A stretch of DNA of 64,000 bases from Phycisphaerales bacterium (GCA_027451365.1 DAIDJN010000058.1:105485-169484), one strand, 5' to 3'. Counted from the stretch's first letter, positions 51,437-62,216 are shown. The notes: a model not told the origin generated them from the sequence alone. A program made the numbers and translations.

Positions 51437-52486
51437 ATGCCCATGCCGCAGTCAGACCTCCCAAACGTCACCTCCCTGTTACGCGTTACCACGCCTGGAG
51501 CAAACTTCAGATCTGTTTTATGGAAATCGATGCTTCTTTTACCTCTCCTGATTTTGCTCGGCATTTTGGTCTGGCAGGGAATTGTCGCCGCGGGCAATCC
51601 GCCAGATCCGAATTCCGCCGCCTCTGCTCATTTAAGTTCCGCCGCAGTTGTAGTAAACGCCGGAATCCTTGTATTCCGCGAAGGCCTTGAGGCGATTCTG
51701 GTTCTGGCCGCCCTGACCGCATCTCTGGCCCGGACAGAAAAAAATTATTGGAAACCCGTCGCGCTGGGGTCTGGGCTTTCATTTCTGGCCACCGTCGCAA
51801 CATATTTTATTGTGGTCGGAATTCTGGCCCGGCTGGATGCCAACAGCAGCCTGGGCGCATTGAATGTTCAGGCTGCCACCGGCCTGCTGGCCGTGCTGGT
51901 GCTGCTGGTGATAATGAACTGGTTTTTTCACAAAATATACTGGACAGGCTGGATAACGCATCACAACCGCCGCAAAAAAAACCTGACTCAAACGCATTCG
52001 CTTTCCAGCCCGGCGGTGTACTGGGGGCTGGTGACGGTTGGTTTCACAGCGGTTTACCGGGAAGGTTTTGAGGTGGTCATCATGTTGCAATCCTGGCGGC
52101 TGCAGGCTGGCGTGCATGTGGTGATGCTGGGCACGCTGATTGGTCTGGCCCTGACCGCCGTGGTGGCGGTGCTTACCTTTGCCGTTCATTACCGGCTTCC
52201 GTATCGTCGTATGTTAATACTTACAGGCGTAATGCTTGGCGCGGTTCTGCTGGTGATGGTGGGGGAAAGTGTGCAGGAAATGCAGCAGGCCAACTGGATT
52301 GGCACGCACAATCTGCCTTGGGCGTTTCCGGACTGGGTTGGGACATGGTTCGCCATCTTCGCCAACTGGCAAGGGCTTTTAGCTCAGGTCGCGGCGGCGA
52401 TTTTTGTGGCCGGCACGTACCTCGGCGCACAATATTTTCGCGTCTGGCGCCCGGCGCGCCTGGCGCGGCAGTCCCGTGGTGCATAG
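51437..52486 (+). CDS. FTR1/EfeU family iron permease
   Basis: Two RExxE motifs (FREGLE, YREGFE), multiple TM helices, Fur-like boxes upstream. Confidence 0.92.
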   Translation: MPMPQSDLPNVTSLLRVTTPGANFRSVLWKSMLLLPLLILLGILVWQGIVAAGNPPDPNSAASAHLSSAAVVVNAGILVFREGLEAILVLAALTASLARTEKNYWKPVALGSGLSFLATVATYFIVVGILARLDANSSLGALNVQAATGLLAVLVLLVIMNWFFHKIYWTGWITHHNRRKKNLTQTHSLSSPAVYWGLVTVGFTAVYREGFEVVIMLQSWRLQAGVHVVMLGTLIGLALTAVVAVLTFAVHYRLPYRRMLILTGVMLGAVLLVMVGESVQEMQQANWIGTHNLPWAFPDWVGTWFAIFANWQGLLAQVAAAIFVAGTYLGAQYFRVWRPARLARQSRGA

Positions 52487-52601
52487 GCCAGGGTAGCGGC
52501 GGTCCAGCCGCAGAAGAGTTTATTTCCCGCCACATGGCCTGGCCGTCAAAAAATGATGATGCGGTTGCACCGCCGCGCCGGCATGCAGGACAATCAGGCG
52601 T

Positions 52602-53696
52602 TTACGAATTAAACAGGAAATGCGCGATATCGCCATCCTGAAAGACATAATTCTTGCCTTCGGAGCGCATCTTGCCTGCGGCGCGAATGGCGGCCTCGGT
52701 CTTGTGGGTCAGCAGGTCGGTGATGTTGTAAATTTCCGCCCGAATGAATCCCTTTTCAAAATCGGTGTGAATCACTCCGGCCGCCTGTGGCGCGGTCGCG
52801 CCGACCGGAATCGTCCAGGCGCGAATTTCTTTTGGTCCGGCGGTAAAGTAACTTTGCAGACCAAGCAGGCGGTACGCTTCGTGTGCCACTGTATCCAGCG
52901 CTGGTTCAGTCATGCCTAAATCAGAAAGCATGACCGTGCGGTCATCCGGGGTAAGCTCGGCAAGTTCCGATTCCAGCTTGGCACAGACCGGAACCACCAG
53001 ACTGCCTTCAGTGGATGCCCGTTTCCGCACCACTTCCACCAGCGGCCCTTTACCGTGCGGGTCGGACTCATCCACATTGGCAATGTACAGGACCTTTTTG
53101 GCCGTCATCATTCCCAGGCCGGCGATCGCCTTGCGATCTTCAGGTTTCCAATGTGCGGCCTGCGAACGCAGCGGCTTGCCTTGCTTCAGCGCCTCGACCG
53201 AAGATTCCATGATAGCGGCCACTGCAATGGCGTCTTTATCTCCGGCGCGGGCGTTGCGCCGGGTTTTATCAAGGGATTTTTCCAGTGTTTCCAGGTCTGC
53301 CAGCATCAGTTCGGTATCAATGGTTTCAATATCGCGAAGCGGATCGACATGGCCTTCCACATGCAGAATATCGCCCCCTTCAAAACAGCGCACCACATGC
53401 AGTACAGCATCCACTTCCCGGATATGCGACAGAAATTTATTGCCCAGCCCCTCGCCAGTGCTCGCGCCGCGGACAATGCCGGCAATGTCCACCACCCGCA
53501 ATAAAGCGGGTACCAGTTTTTCCGTAGGCATGAATTGATTGATTTGGGCCAGGCGTTTATCCGGTACCGCCACCACGCCGACATTGGGTTCTATGGTCGC
53601 AAAGGGGTAATTGGCCGCCAAGGCACCGGCATTGGTAAGTGCGTTAAACAATGTGGATTTGCCAACATTGGGTAAACCGACGATTCCAACTTCCAT
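52602..53696 (-). CDS. ychF: Ribosome-associated ATPase YchF
   Basis: [55 protein letters not shown]. Confidence 0.98.
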   Translation of the reverse strand: MEVGIVGLPNVGKSTLFNALTNAGALAANYPFATIEPNVGVVAVPDKRLAQINQFMPTEKLVPALLRVVDIAGIVRGASTGEGLGNKFLSHIREVDAVLHVVRCFEGGDILHVEGHVDPLRDIETIDTELMLADLETLEKSLDKTRRNARAGDKDAIAVAAIMESSVEALKQGKPLRSQAAHWKPEDRKAIAGLGMMTAKKVLYIANVDESDPHGKGPLVEVVRKRASTEGSLVVPVCAKLESELAELTPDDRTVMLSDLGMTEPALDTVAHEAYRLLGLQSYFTAGPKEIRAWTIPVGATAPQAAGVIHTDFEKGFIRAEIYNITDLLTHKTEAAIRAAGKMRSEGKNYVFQDGDIAHFLFNS

Positions 53697-53976
53697 GAGG
53701 GGATCCTTTTGTTAATTCTGGTCCATCCGTCGGCCTAAACCGCACGCCGCTTTCAGACACTTACCGGATGCTAACGCCGTCCTTGCGGCAAACCGCAACC
53801 CTGGCGCCGCTCGGGCCAATGCCGGACGCAGAGTTATACCGTTTTTGTCCCGGTTTGGAAAAGATGGCGCGGCCAGGCGCGGGTAAATCGCTGATATTTC
53901 GTTGAACTGGCGTTGGGCGGATAGTGATTCGCCAGATCACGTCGCCGTTCACCTCACAAAATTAAGCCGCGGCCAA

Positions 53977-54882
53977 TTACGATTTTGTCGCCCGGACCGG
54001 GCCAGCGGACGAGTGCAACAGAGCCAGGAAAGCCTTCAACGTCTGACTTATTTGGCGGTCGCGCCGCACCACGCGGTGCAGCGGCCGATGAAGCTTGCAA
54101 TCGGTCAGTGGTATGGCCACCAGCGATCCGGCTTTTAATTCTGCTTCCACCGCCAACCGCGACATCACGGCCACGCCATTGTTGGCCATCACCATCGCTT
54201 TGATTGCTTCCGGGCTGGCGAGTTCCATAATCGGTTCCAGCGAAAGGCCAACCGTCGTCGCCGCACGCTCCAGTACCGCGCGTGTGCCGGAACCTTTCTC
54301 GCGTAAAATCAGTGGAAAGCACAGGTATTGTTTCAGCGTGATATTCCGCTGCTGTGTAAGCGGATGACCGGCGGCTGAAACCGCAACCAGTTGATCGTAA
54401 CGAAAAATAACGCCATCTAGCGCGGGATCCTCCACAAACCCTTCAGTTAACCCGATATCCAGGACGCCGTCGATGATTTGTTGTTGAATGTCGGCGGTAT
54501 TGGCAATCTGAACCTGCACGCGGATGCCGGGATATTTTGCGTTAAAGCGAGCCAGCAGCGGCGGCAGCAGATATGTGCCGATTGTCAGGGAGCAACCGAG
54601 TGCCAGCGACCCGCGCTTTAATGATCGCACATCCTTCATAGCCTGCACGGCGCTGGCTTCCAGCGCCTGTATCCGGTCGGCGTAGCCAAAAAGAATTTCG
54701 CCGGCCGCGGTCAATTTTACGCCGCGCGGCAGTCTTTCCAGCAGTTCCACCCCAAGCCGTTTTTCCAGTTCTCGTACCTGCATCGAAAGGGCAGGTTGGC
54801 TGATCAGCATGTCCGCGGCGGCGGCGGTAAAACTTCCGCAACGCGTTACGGTATGAAAAATGGCCAGATGGTTTCGATTCAT
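53977..54882 (-). CDS. LysR family regulator (YeiE/CysL-like)
   Basis: HTH GSFTAAAADMLISQPALSMQVRELE; SLTIGTYLLP; REKGSGTR. Confidence 0.93.
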   Translation of the reverse strand: MNRNHLAIFHTVTRCGSFTAAAADMLISQPALSMQVRELEKRLGVELLERLPRGVKLTAAGEILFGYADRIQALEASAVQAMKDVRSLKRGSLALGCSLTIGTYLLPPLLARFNAKYPGIRVQVQIANTADIQQQIIDGVLDIGLTEGFVEDPALDGVIFRYDQLVAVSAAGHPLTQQRNITLKQYLCFPLILREKGSGTRAVLERAATTVGLSLEPIMELASPEAIKAMVMANNGVAVMSRLAVEAELKAGSLVAIPLTDCKLHRPLHRVVRRDRQISQTLKAFLALLHSSAGPVRATKS

Positions 54883-55247
54883 GCGGTCATCATAACCGAT
54901 TGCCCCAACCACGTGATAATGTCCGATCGATCAATCTATCCGGGGAATCGGCGATTCGCGGGGCATACCGCGGTTTTCCCTCGCGTGCTCCTGACCCAGA
55001 TCTACCTGGTCTGGCATGTCAATGGTTAGGCTAAAACGGGTCGCTTCATTAACAGCCTAAGCCAGTCATTAGCACCAGGACAGGACGCTACAACGCCCGC
55101 GACGGTGTCGGCAAAGCGCATTGGCAACTTCTGCATCGCGCCATCCGGCCGGTGCCATTTGCCCCAAGAGCGTCCCGGGTCGCCCCCTTTATGGTTTTGG
55201 CGTCCGGTTGATTCTTTTTCCTCCCAATTCAAACCAATTCAAACCGG

Positions 55248-55646
55248 CTATTTGGCGGTTGTCCGGTGAAGAGTCAGCGGTGCTTCAGTGATCAATATAT
55301 CGTCCGCAAAAACCTGCACGCTGTATTTTCCTGGGTAATTAACATTCACCTGATTGAATACCGTCACGTGCTGCTGCGGAAGTGTGACGTTCGGCAGCAG
55401 CGGGGTTTCCGATTGAACGATGATAGTCTGGTGCGCGTCGACCAAACGAATGAGCATTCTGGCCGGCCGACGGATTTCGGAGATGGCCGCATAAATGGAT
55501 ATTCGCGGCAACCGAACGGGAAAATCCGGCAGAAACAGGTTGTAAAAAAGACCAATCATGGAGAGATTGCCGATTCTCTGTTCATGCACCACGGTATCGC
55601 AGATATTCAAAGCCAAAATGTCTATTGCCGGAAGTTCCTGAATCAT
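55248..55646 (-). CDS. Hypothetical protein (DUF6941-like beta-sandwich)
   Basis: AGGA RBS; ALNICDTV...GNLSMIGLF...PGKYSVQVFADD pattern; family assigned by recollection only. Confidence 0.6.
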   Translation of the reverse strand: MIQELPAIDILALNICDTVVHEQRIGNLSMIGLFYNLFLPDFPVRLPRISIYAAISEIRRPARMLIRLVDAHQTIIVQSETPLLPNVTLPQQHVTVFNQVNVNYPGKYSVQVFADDILITEAPLTLHRTTAK

Positions 55647-55927
55647 GAACAGTTCCTTGGTTCAAGCTTTTGGATTGGAATTGACTATAGCTTTAAGTCC
55701 CAGTGAAGTCCATCGCCGATATCGAGGTATTCTGTTGCCATTTTGGACGGCGGCGGAAAGGCGCGTGATATAATTTAAAGTTATCGATTATATATAAAGA
55801 ATATCTTTGTGTTATTAATGATGTTGTCCTATTCTTCAGTCGGCCGCAATTATGCCGCTGTCAAACAGGCTCGGTAATGTGCCCGTGGGGTACGGCGGTC
55901 CGACACCGTTAACTTGGAATAAGACAA

Positions 55928-57049
55928 ATGACTGAAGAATCGCCTTACCAACCTCCATTGAATACTGCGGCCTCGGCTGTTTCAGAAGCCGTGATCGAAC
56001 GTGTGGCCGAACCGCCGCATGTTTTACCGGACTGTGCTGCGGGTATCGGTGCGTTGCCCACTGGCCACGCCCTCGCGTGGTACGCCGTGGTTTATGGGGT
56101 TGCGGTTATTTTCTGCTTGTCTGGAATCATCTCTCCGCCTGTGGCACTGGCCCTGGGTATGGTGTTGGCCTTAACTATCGATAATCCGTGCCGGAAGGCC
56201 GGTCATCGCATCGCCATGTATCTTCTGCAGATATGCGTTGTGTTGCTCGGATTTACCATGAATCTGCAGGCTGTGCTGGTCGCCGGCTTACATGGTGCGC
56301 TTTTTGCGGCCATCAGTATTGCCGTTACGCTTCTGGCAGGTCGCTGGCTGGGGCGTAAGCTTGGCATCGACCCGCAAACTTCACTGCTGATATCCACCGG
56401 CACAGCCATTTGCGGTGGGTCGGCCATAGCCGCGGTGGGTTCTGTCATAGATGCCGGCGAAAGTTCCATGACTCTGGCAATGGGAACGGTATTTCTCCTG
56501 AACGCGGCGGCATTATATTTGTTCCCGCTTCTGGGGCACGCCCTGCATTTATCCCAGACGCAGTTTGGCGTCTGGGCGGGAATTGCCATTCATGATATTT
56601 CATCGGTTGTGGCGGCTGCTAACAGTTATGGTCCGACCGCCCTTACCACGGCCACGGCGGTAAAGCTATCGCGAGCCTTGTGGATTGTGCCGCTATCGTT
56701 TGCTGTGGCTTGGCTGGCAGACCGGAAAGACCGCCGGCGCGTAGTGGAGAATCCGGGTTTGGAAAATACTCAGCCTGTCAGACCGCGTAAGAAACAAATT
56801 CCGTGGTTCATCGGCCTGTTTCTGCTGGCGTGCATTGTCCGCAGTTTCGTTCCTGGCATGGATTCTATTGCGGCTTATATTTCCCGCCTAGGCGATCTGG
56901 GCCTGACTGTAACGCTGTTTCTTATTGGAACAGGACTGTCACGCAGAACGCTTGCATCGGTTGGAATAAAGCCTATGGTTCAGGGCGTACTGCTCTGGAT
57001 ATTAATTGGGGGTGGTACATTGTTCGTAGTGAAGACCGGAATGTTTTAA
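55928..57049 (+). CDS. YeiH/UPF0324 putative sulfate exporter family membrane protein
   Basis: GTAICGGSAIAA, FGVWAGIAIHDISSVV, VKLSRALWIVP, IPWFIGLF. Confidence 0.92.
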   Translation: MTEESPYQPPLNTAASAVSEAVIERVAEPPHVLPDCAAGIGALPTGHALAWYAVVYGVAVIFCLSGIISPPVALALGMVLALTIDNPCRKAGHRIAMYLLQICVVLLGFTMNLQAVLVAGLHGALFAAISIAVTLLAGRWLGRKLGIDPQTSLLISTGTAICGGSAIAAVGSVIDAGESSMTLAMGTVFLLNAAALYLFPLLGHALHLSQTQFGVWAGIAIHDISSVVAAANSYGPTALTTATAVKLSRALWIVPLSFAVAWLADRKDRRRVVENPGLENTQPVRPRKKQIPWFIGLFLLACIVRSFVPGMDSIAAYISRLGDLGLTVTLFLIGTGLSRRTLASVGIKPMVQGVLLWILIGGGTLFVVKTGMF

Positions 57050-57181
57050 TGGCAGCGCTAATCAAAGGCCGTAACTTGACCTGTCCGGGAACAGACTAAG
57101 CGAAAAATAGCCAATGCCACCCCATAAAAAAAAGGGCGAAGCCAGAATGGACTGCGTGGAAATACTGGCTTTTTTTGCGCC

Positions 57182-58042
57182 TTATGGCCGACGGACATAT
57201 TGATGAAACGCTTCCATCAATTGCGTGGTTCGCGGACCCACGTTGCCCGTCCCGATTTTCCGTTTATCAATACTGGTCACGGGCACTATTTCCGCGCCGG
57301 TTCCAGTCAGGAAGCATTCTTCGGCGGTATAAAGATCATAGCGCGTTAAATTACATTGTTTTGCGGGAATTTTTCCGTCCACGGCAAGTTCCAGCACAAT
57401 ATTGCGGGTCACGCCAATCAGAATGCCGCTTTCCTCCGGCGGCGTCAGAAGCGTTCCATCCCGCACAATAAAGATATTGTCCGCCGTGCATTCGCATACA
57501 AACCCCAAATGATTCAGCATAACCGCTTCGGGCACGCCGGCGTCGATGGCCTCCCATTTGGCCATTATGTTGTTCAGGTAATTCAGACTTTTGATCCGCG
57601 GGGAAAGTGCCGCGGGCGAAATGCGCGGCGTCGCGGCCGTGACGACCGCCATACCCGAACGATACATTTCCGGCGGGTACATATTGATGGTGTCGGCAAT
57701 AATAATGACTGTCGGCTTTAAACATCCGCTGGGTGAAATGCCCAACGGGCCGACGCCGCGTGTCACCACGACGCGAATGTAACAATCGGAAAAGCCGTTG
57801 GCCTGAATGGTTTTTTCAATAGCCTGCCCCAGATCAGCCACGGGCATCGGCAAATCCAGACGAATGGCTCTGGCTGAATCATAAAGCCGGCGCAAATGGT
57901 CATCCATTCGGAGCACGCGACCATTGTATTGTCGAATTCCCTCAAATACGCCATCCCCATACAGCAGACCATGATCAAAAACGCTCACACTCGCCTGCAG
58001 GCGGGGTACCAGTTGGCCATCAATCCAGATCATTCGATTCAT
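57182..58042 (-). CDS. ilvE: Branched-chain amino acid aminotransferase
   Basis: SVFDHGLLYGDGVFEGIR, KSLNYLNN, ECTADNIF, LIGVTR, FLTGTGAE. Confidence 0.95.
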   Translation of the reverse strand: MNRMIWIDGQLVPRLQASVSVFDHGLLYGDGVFEGIRQYNGRVLRMDDHLRRLYDSARAIRLDLPMPVADLGQAIEKTIQANGFSDCYIRVVVTRGVGPLGISPSGCLKPTVIIIADTINMYPPEMYRSGMAVVTAATPRISPAALSPRIKSLNYLNNIMAKWEAIDAGVPEAVMLNHLGFVCECTADNIFIVRDGTLLTPPEESGILIGVTRNIVLELAVDGKIPAKQCNLTRYDLYTAEECFLTGTGAEIVPVTSIDKRKIGTGNVGPRTTQLMEAFHQYVRRP

Positions 58043-58284
58043 CACGTTTCGCTTTATTCTTCCGTATCCAATCCATGGAGCCGTTGCTCCGTCCGAATAC
58101 CCGGCCGCGCCGGGCCGCAATCGGGGCGGTTTGTGGCGGACCGGACAGTTTACGCCAAGCGGGCTTTTCAGGCAAAGGGCCTGAATCCGTCTCCGGATGG
58201 ATAAAGATGCCACGAGCGATTGGCCCATTGCCATGTTGGCCGCCGCACTTGAGCAATGCGTCCAGGGTGTCTAAAGTCATCTGC

Positions 58285-60024
58285 ATGAAGCAGCCGCATT
58301 TCATTCCGGTGTCTGATCCATCCACATCTGATGCGCCAGCATTCGGCATTGCGCCGCGCGACGGGTTTATTGTGGTTCCCCGGTCGCATGGCGAACTGTT
58401 ATTTGAGCCGCCGGTGGCCGTACTGCAACCGGCCCTGACTGCCGGGGGCGAGCAATTTCACGCCAGTTCATTTGTTCGCACGCCGCCACTGCAACGTCTA
58501 GCCGCCCATGCCCGCCGCGACCTTTACGCTGCGTTGCGTCAGCACGCCGGGCAAATCAGGATTTGGCCGCCCGCGCCGGATATAATCGCTCGTCCGTGGG
58601 TGATGACCGGACATCAGTCTGAATTTTATCATGCGGGCGTATGGGCTAAAGTTCTGGCGGCCGATGCGCTTGCCCGGCAATTTAACGCGGTCGCCATTGA
58701 TCTGATTGTGGATCACGACCTGCTGGATGAACCCGGTTTTTCCGTTCCAGTGCCCAAAACGGACAAAAATGAAGAATGGGAAAAGCATCCGGTTTACTGG
58801 GACCGCGGCGGTAATCTGCCTGCACAGTTCATTGATGCGCCGCACGGACAACAAAAAACCGACTGGCTCAATAAAATTCGGCGCGGCGCGAATCTGGGGC
58901 CCAATGGGCAATCTGAATTGCTCCAGGATTTTCTTAAGAGGCTCGAGCAGGATGCGACAGCGGAATTCGTCCCCTGGCTTAGTGCCGCGCGTAGTGGGCT
59001 TGAAAAGTCGCTGGGGCTGGAAGTTTGGCATGTGCCGTGCAGCCTGATCTGTCAGGGCGAAGCGTGGCTGGAATTTGTGCTGGCTTGGCTGGCCAATGCC
59101 CGCCAATGGGCCGACATTTATAACACGGCGCTTCAGGAATACCGCACCGCTAACGCAATCACCAATGCCGCACAGCCCATGCCGTCGTTGCAGATCGGAC
59201 CACATCAGGTCGAACTGCCATTCTGGATTTTTAAAAGCGGTGAACCGCGCGGCCGCCTGATATTCGATCCTGATTCCCAGTCCATTTTAATTGACGGCGG
59301 CGCGATCGGCCTCAAGGAACTCCAGCATGGAAACCTCGCCGGACAGGGCATGCGATTCAAGGCCCTGCTGACATCCAAAGGCATGCACATCCGCCCCAGG
59401 GCACTGACGCTCACCATGTTCGTGCGCGGCTTTCTGGCAAATCTGTTTATTCACGGCATTGGCGGGGCGCTCTACGACCGAATTACCGATACTATGATGC
59501 GGCGATTGTTTGCCTGCCAGCCACCTTATGCATGCGTTTCCGCTGGCTGGTTGCTTCCGTTTCCGCAATTGGCGGATGTTCCCGCCACTCCATCAATCAT
59601 TCGGGCGCGGCGGCATCATCTTCGGCACAATCCGGATTTCGCCACAGCCTGCACCGATACATCTCTGCCGGTTCATACGCGGGAGATGCTTGCGGCATTG
59701 GCCGATGAACGGCTGCGCCTGATCGCACGCATCGCCGATTCCCTGCGTAACGCCCGGCAGGCCGGGCGGAAATCGGGTCGCACTGCGGATAGCCAGTTGC
59801 GTCGTGAACTGTTTCGGCGGCTTCACGAAATTCTGGCTGAATGCCACCGGTTGTATCCGGCATCGTTGCAACATCTAAGCGAAGAGCTTGCCCGTTCCCT
59901 TCGCCAACAGGAACAAAAGGCGGTTACCCATTGGCGGGAATATTTCTTCGCGCTGCATTCGCGAGAGTCGATGGAGAAGCTTCGGAATGCAATTATTGAG
60001 CGTGTAAAACCGCAGGGGGGGTAG
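58285..60024 (+). CDS. Conserved protein, remote BshC-like nucleotidyltransferase fold
   Basis: VMTGHQSEFYHAGVWAK, IVDHD, RPRALTLTMF...FIHGIGGALYD, helical C-terminus. Confidence 0.6.
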   Translation: MKQPHFIPVSDPSTSDAPAFGIAPRDGFIVVPRSHGELLFEPPVAVLQPALTAGGEQFHASSFVRTPPLQRLAAHARRDLYAALRQHAGQIRIWPPAPDIIARPWVMTGHQSEFYHAGVWAKVLAADALARQFNAVAIDLIVDHDLLDEPGFSVPVPKTDKNEEWEKHPVYWDRGGNLPAQFIDAPHGQQKTDWLNKIRRGANLGPNGQSELLQDFLKRLEQDATAEFVPWLSAARSGLEKSLGLEVWHVPCSLICQGEAWLEFVLAWLANARQWADIYNTALQEYRTANAITNAAQPMPSLQIGPHQVELPFWIFKSGEPRGRLIFDPDSQSILIDGGAIGLKELQHGNLAGQGMRFKALLTSKGMHIRPRALTLTMFVRGFLANLFIHGIGGALYDRITDTMMRRLFACQPPYACVSAGWLLPFPQLADVPATPSIIRARRHHLRHNPDFATACTDTSLPVHTREMLAALADERLRLIARIADSLRNARQAGRKSGRTADSQLRRELFRRLHEILAECHRLYPASLQHLSEELARSLRQQEQKAVTHWREYFFALHSRESMEKLRNAIIERVKPQGG

Positions 60025-60113
60025 AAACTCGCGCCAGCGTTCGCGTCGGCCACCGCGCACCGTTACCGAGAGTGCCTCGGAATCGTCGCAAAATCTCGGT
60101 CCTTTATTTTGAA

Positions 60114-61541
60114 TCAGCTATTTTCCGGGCGGTATATTCTGACATGCGCGGTTTTGGCCACCAGTTCCCGGCCCGCCGCCAGGGAAGAGATGCCGCCTGT
60201 GGCCAATGCCTGGGCCATGATATTTCCCATGGCGGTCGCTTCCACCGGTCCGGCGTGCACTTCCATTCCGGTGGCGTTGGCGGCAAGCTGGTTAAGCAAT
60301 TCGTTCTGTGACCCACCGCCCACAATATGTAGATGTGTAAATTTCCGGCCGGTTACTTCCTCAAGCATGTGCCGAACTTGAGCGTAGCTCGCCGCCAGAC
60401 TTTCCAGAATGACCCGCGTAAATTGACCGGGCGTTTCCGGTGCCTTCTGGCCGCGGCGGCGGCAATGGTCCGCGATTTTCTGGGGCATTTCTCCGGCAGA
60501 TTGCATCAGCGGATCGTTGAGGTCCAAAAGAGCGGTATTAGGCGGTTCCTCGCGGGCAAGCTGCACCAGAGTGCGGTATTCAAAATCCTTGCCGGCTCTA
60601 GCCCATGCCCGCCTGCATTCCTGCAGGGGCCACAATCCCGCGATGTTTTTCAGCAGACGGATGGTGCCGTCCAGACCGCCTTCATTGGTTAAATTAAACT
60701 CGCGCGCACGCGGCGAAAGCACCGGTCGCTGCACTTCCACGCCCAGCAGGCTCCAGGTGCCGCTGGAAAGAAACAGCCAGTTGTCTCCTTGTGCGGGAAC
60801 CGCCGCCACGGCACTGGCCGTGTCATGCGAACCGACGGCCAGTAACGGCACGCCTGTGACTTTGGCAAACGCGGCGCTGGGAGAATTGACCGCGGCAATT
60901 TTTTGCCCCGGCTGAACCATTGGCGCAAAGAGCGATTCGCGCAGGCCCGCGGCGGCCAGAATTTCCGGTGAAAATTGCCGCAATCGGGCATCCAGCATCT
61001 GCGATGTACTTGCAATGGTGTATTCCGTTCGCATTTCGCCGGTCATCCAGTACCCCAGAAGGTCGGGAATGAACAGCAATCGGTCGGCCTGGGCCAGCAG
61101 CCCCGGATTTTTAATTCCCAGCGACACCAGTTGAAACAAGGTGTTAATTGGCATCGTCTGGCTGCCGGTGATAGCAAATACTTTCTCTGGATTAATGCGA
61201 CGGTAAAATTCGTCGACCATGCCTTCGGTTCGGCTGTCGCGGTAATGCACTGGATTTCCCAGTAAATCTCCATGTTTATCCACAAGGCCGAAATCGACCC
61301 CCCAAGTATCAATGCCGATGCCCTGAATGGCGGGGATTTCGTCCATGGTGCGGGCGATGCCGGCCTGGATTTCACTCCAGAGTCGCAGAATGTCCCAATA
61401 AAGCGTTTTGCCCGCACGCACAGCGCCATTCGCAAACCGGTGTATTTCCTTTAATTGAATGCCGGAATCGCCAAGCGAGCCAAGCATCACCCGTCCGGAT
61501 TCCGCTCCTAAGTCCACTGCGATATACTGTTTTTCAGCCAT
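60114..61541 (-). CDS. rhaB: Rhamnulokinase-family FGGY sugar kinase
   Basis: AVDLGAESGR, IDTWGVDF, HYRDSRT, EYTIASTSQ, SHDTASA, SSGTWSL, TNEGG, GPVEATAMGN. Confidence 0.88.
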   Translation of the reverse strand: MAEKQYIAVDLGAESGRVMLGSLGDSGIQLKEIHRFANGAVRAGKTLYWDILRLWSEIQAGIARTMDEIPAIQGIGIDTWGVDFGLVDKHGDLLGNPVHYRDSRTEGMVDEFYRRINPEKVFAITGSQTMPINTLFQLVSLGIKNPGLLAQADRLLFIPDLLGYWMTGEMRTEYTIASTSQMLDARLRQFSPEILAAAGLRESLFAPMVQPGQKIAAVNSPSAAFAKVTGVPLLAVGSHDTASAVAAVPAQGDNWLFLSSGTWSLLGVEVQRPVLSPRAREFNLTNEGGLDGTIRLLKNIAGLWPLQECRRAWARAGKDFEYRTLVQLAREEPPNTALLDLNDPLMQSAGEMPQKIADHCRRRGQKAPETPGQFTRVILESLAASYAQVRHMLEEVTGRKFTHLHIVGGGSQNELLNQLAANATGMEVHAGPVEATAMGNIMAQALATGGISSLAAGRELVAKTAHVRIYRPENS

Positions 61542-61968
61542 GGCGTCCTTCCGCAATTTAATGGTCAACAAGCGAAATAATACCGTGCATGAAAATTCGC
61601 GGCCAGCGAATCAACTTAATTTGATTCATGACGATAGTGCAAACGTCCCTGCTTTCGGCCAGAACTCGGCATTTTCTGCCCCAACAAATGGCGACCGCTG
61701 TAGCGGCAGCCGGTTGCTTGGTCGTGAAAATGCCCCGGATCGTTTCACGCCGACTTTGGGGGCTAAAAGAGGGTGAAATCGACCGAAAAAGGTCGCGGGG
61801 AAACGCTGATAGCGTGTCGGCTTTGCATGATAAAGACCCTCCACCCTTTACGCGATGGGAAAATATCGTTACCTAAATTCATTGGAGGAAGTAAATTTCG
61901 AAAAAGACGGCATTTGTATTTATAAAAGCGATTTAATAAGAAAATTTTACGAAAAATTTGCTTGTCAC

Positions 61969-61996
61969 TTGCAATTATTTAATGGGCTGCTAATAT
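61969..61996 (+). promoter_or_regulatory. Candidate rrn P1 promoter
   Basis: TTGCAA-N16-TAATAT with extended TG, AT-rich UP-like tract upstream and C-rich discriminator downstream. Confidence 0.6.
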
Positions 61997-62216
61997 ACCC
62001 CTCGTGACGCGAATAAGTCACTTGGTCGGCATTAGATTGATGGTGCGGTAAGACGTTCTCATAAGAACCTTACGTGGTCGGTAAATTAGCCGAAATCAGG
62101 TGTCTGTTTGCAGTTAAGCCGTAGCGGTGGTAAACTACACCGCGAAGGTTTAATGGGTGTTCTGGCGGACACCGAAGCAACGGGTCGAACGGCAAAATGA
62201 AAATTTTGCAGACCCC

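Noticed and set aside
53787..53835. c-di-GMP-I riboswitch-like words GGCAAACC...GGACGCAGAG
   Set aside because: No GNRA-capped P2 or P3 receptor, and wrong strand for the flanking genes.
55680..55720. Fluoride-riboswitch-like GGCGATGGACTTCAC on the minus strand (also GCTAATGACT near 55063-55072)
   Set aside because: P1 is mismatched, the conserved 3' segment is not at the proper distance, and no fluoride exporter follows.
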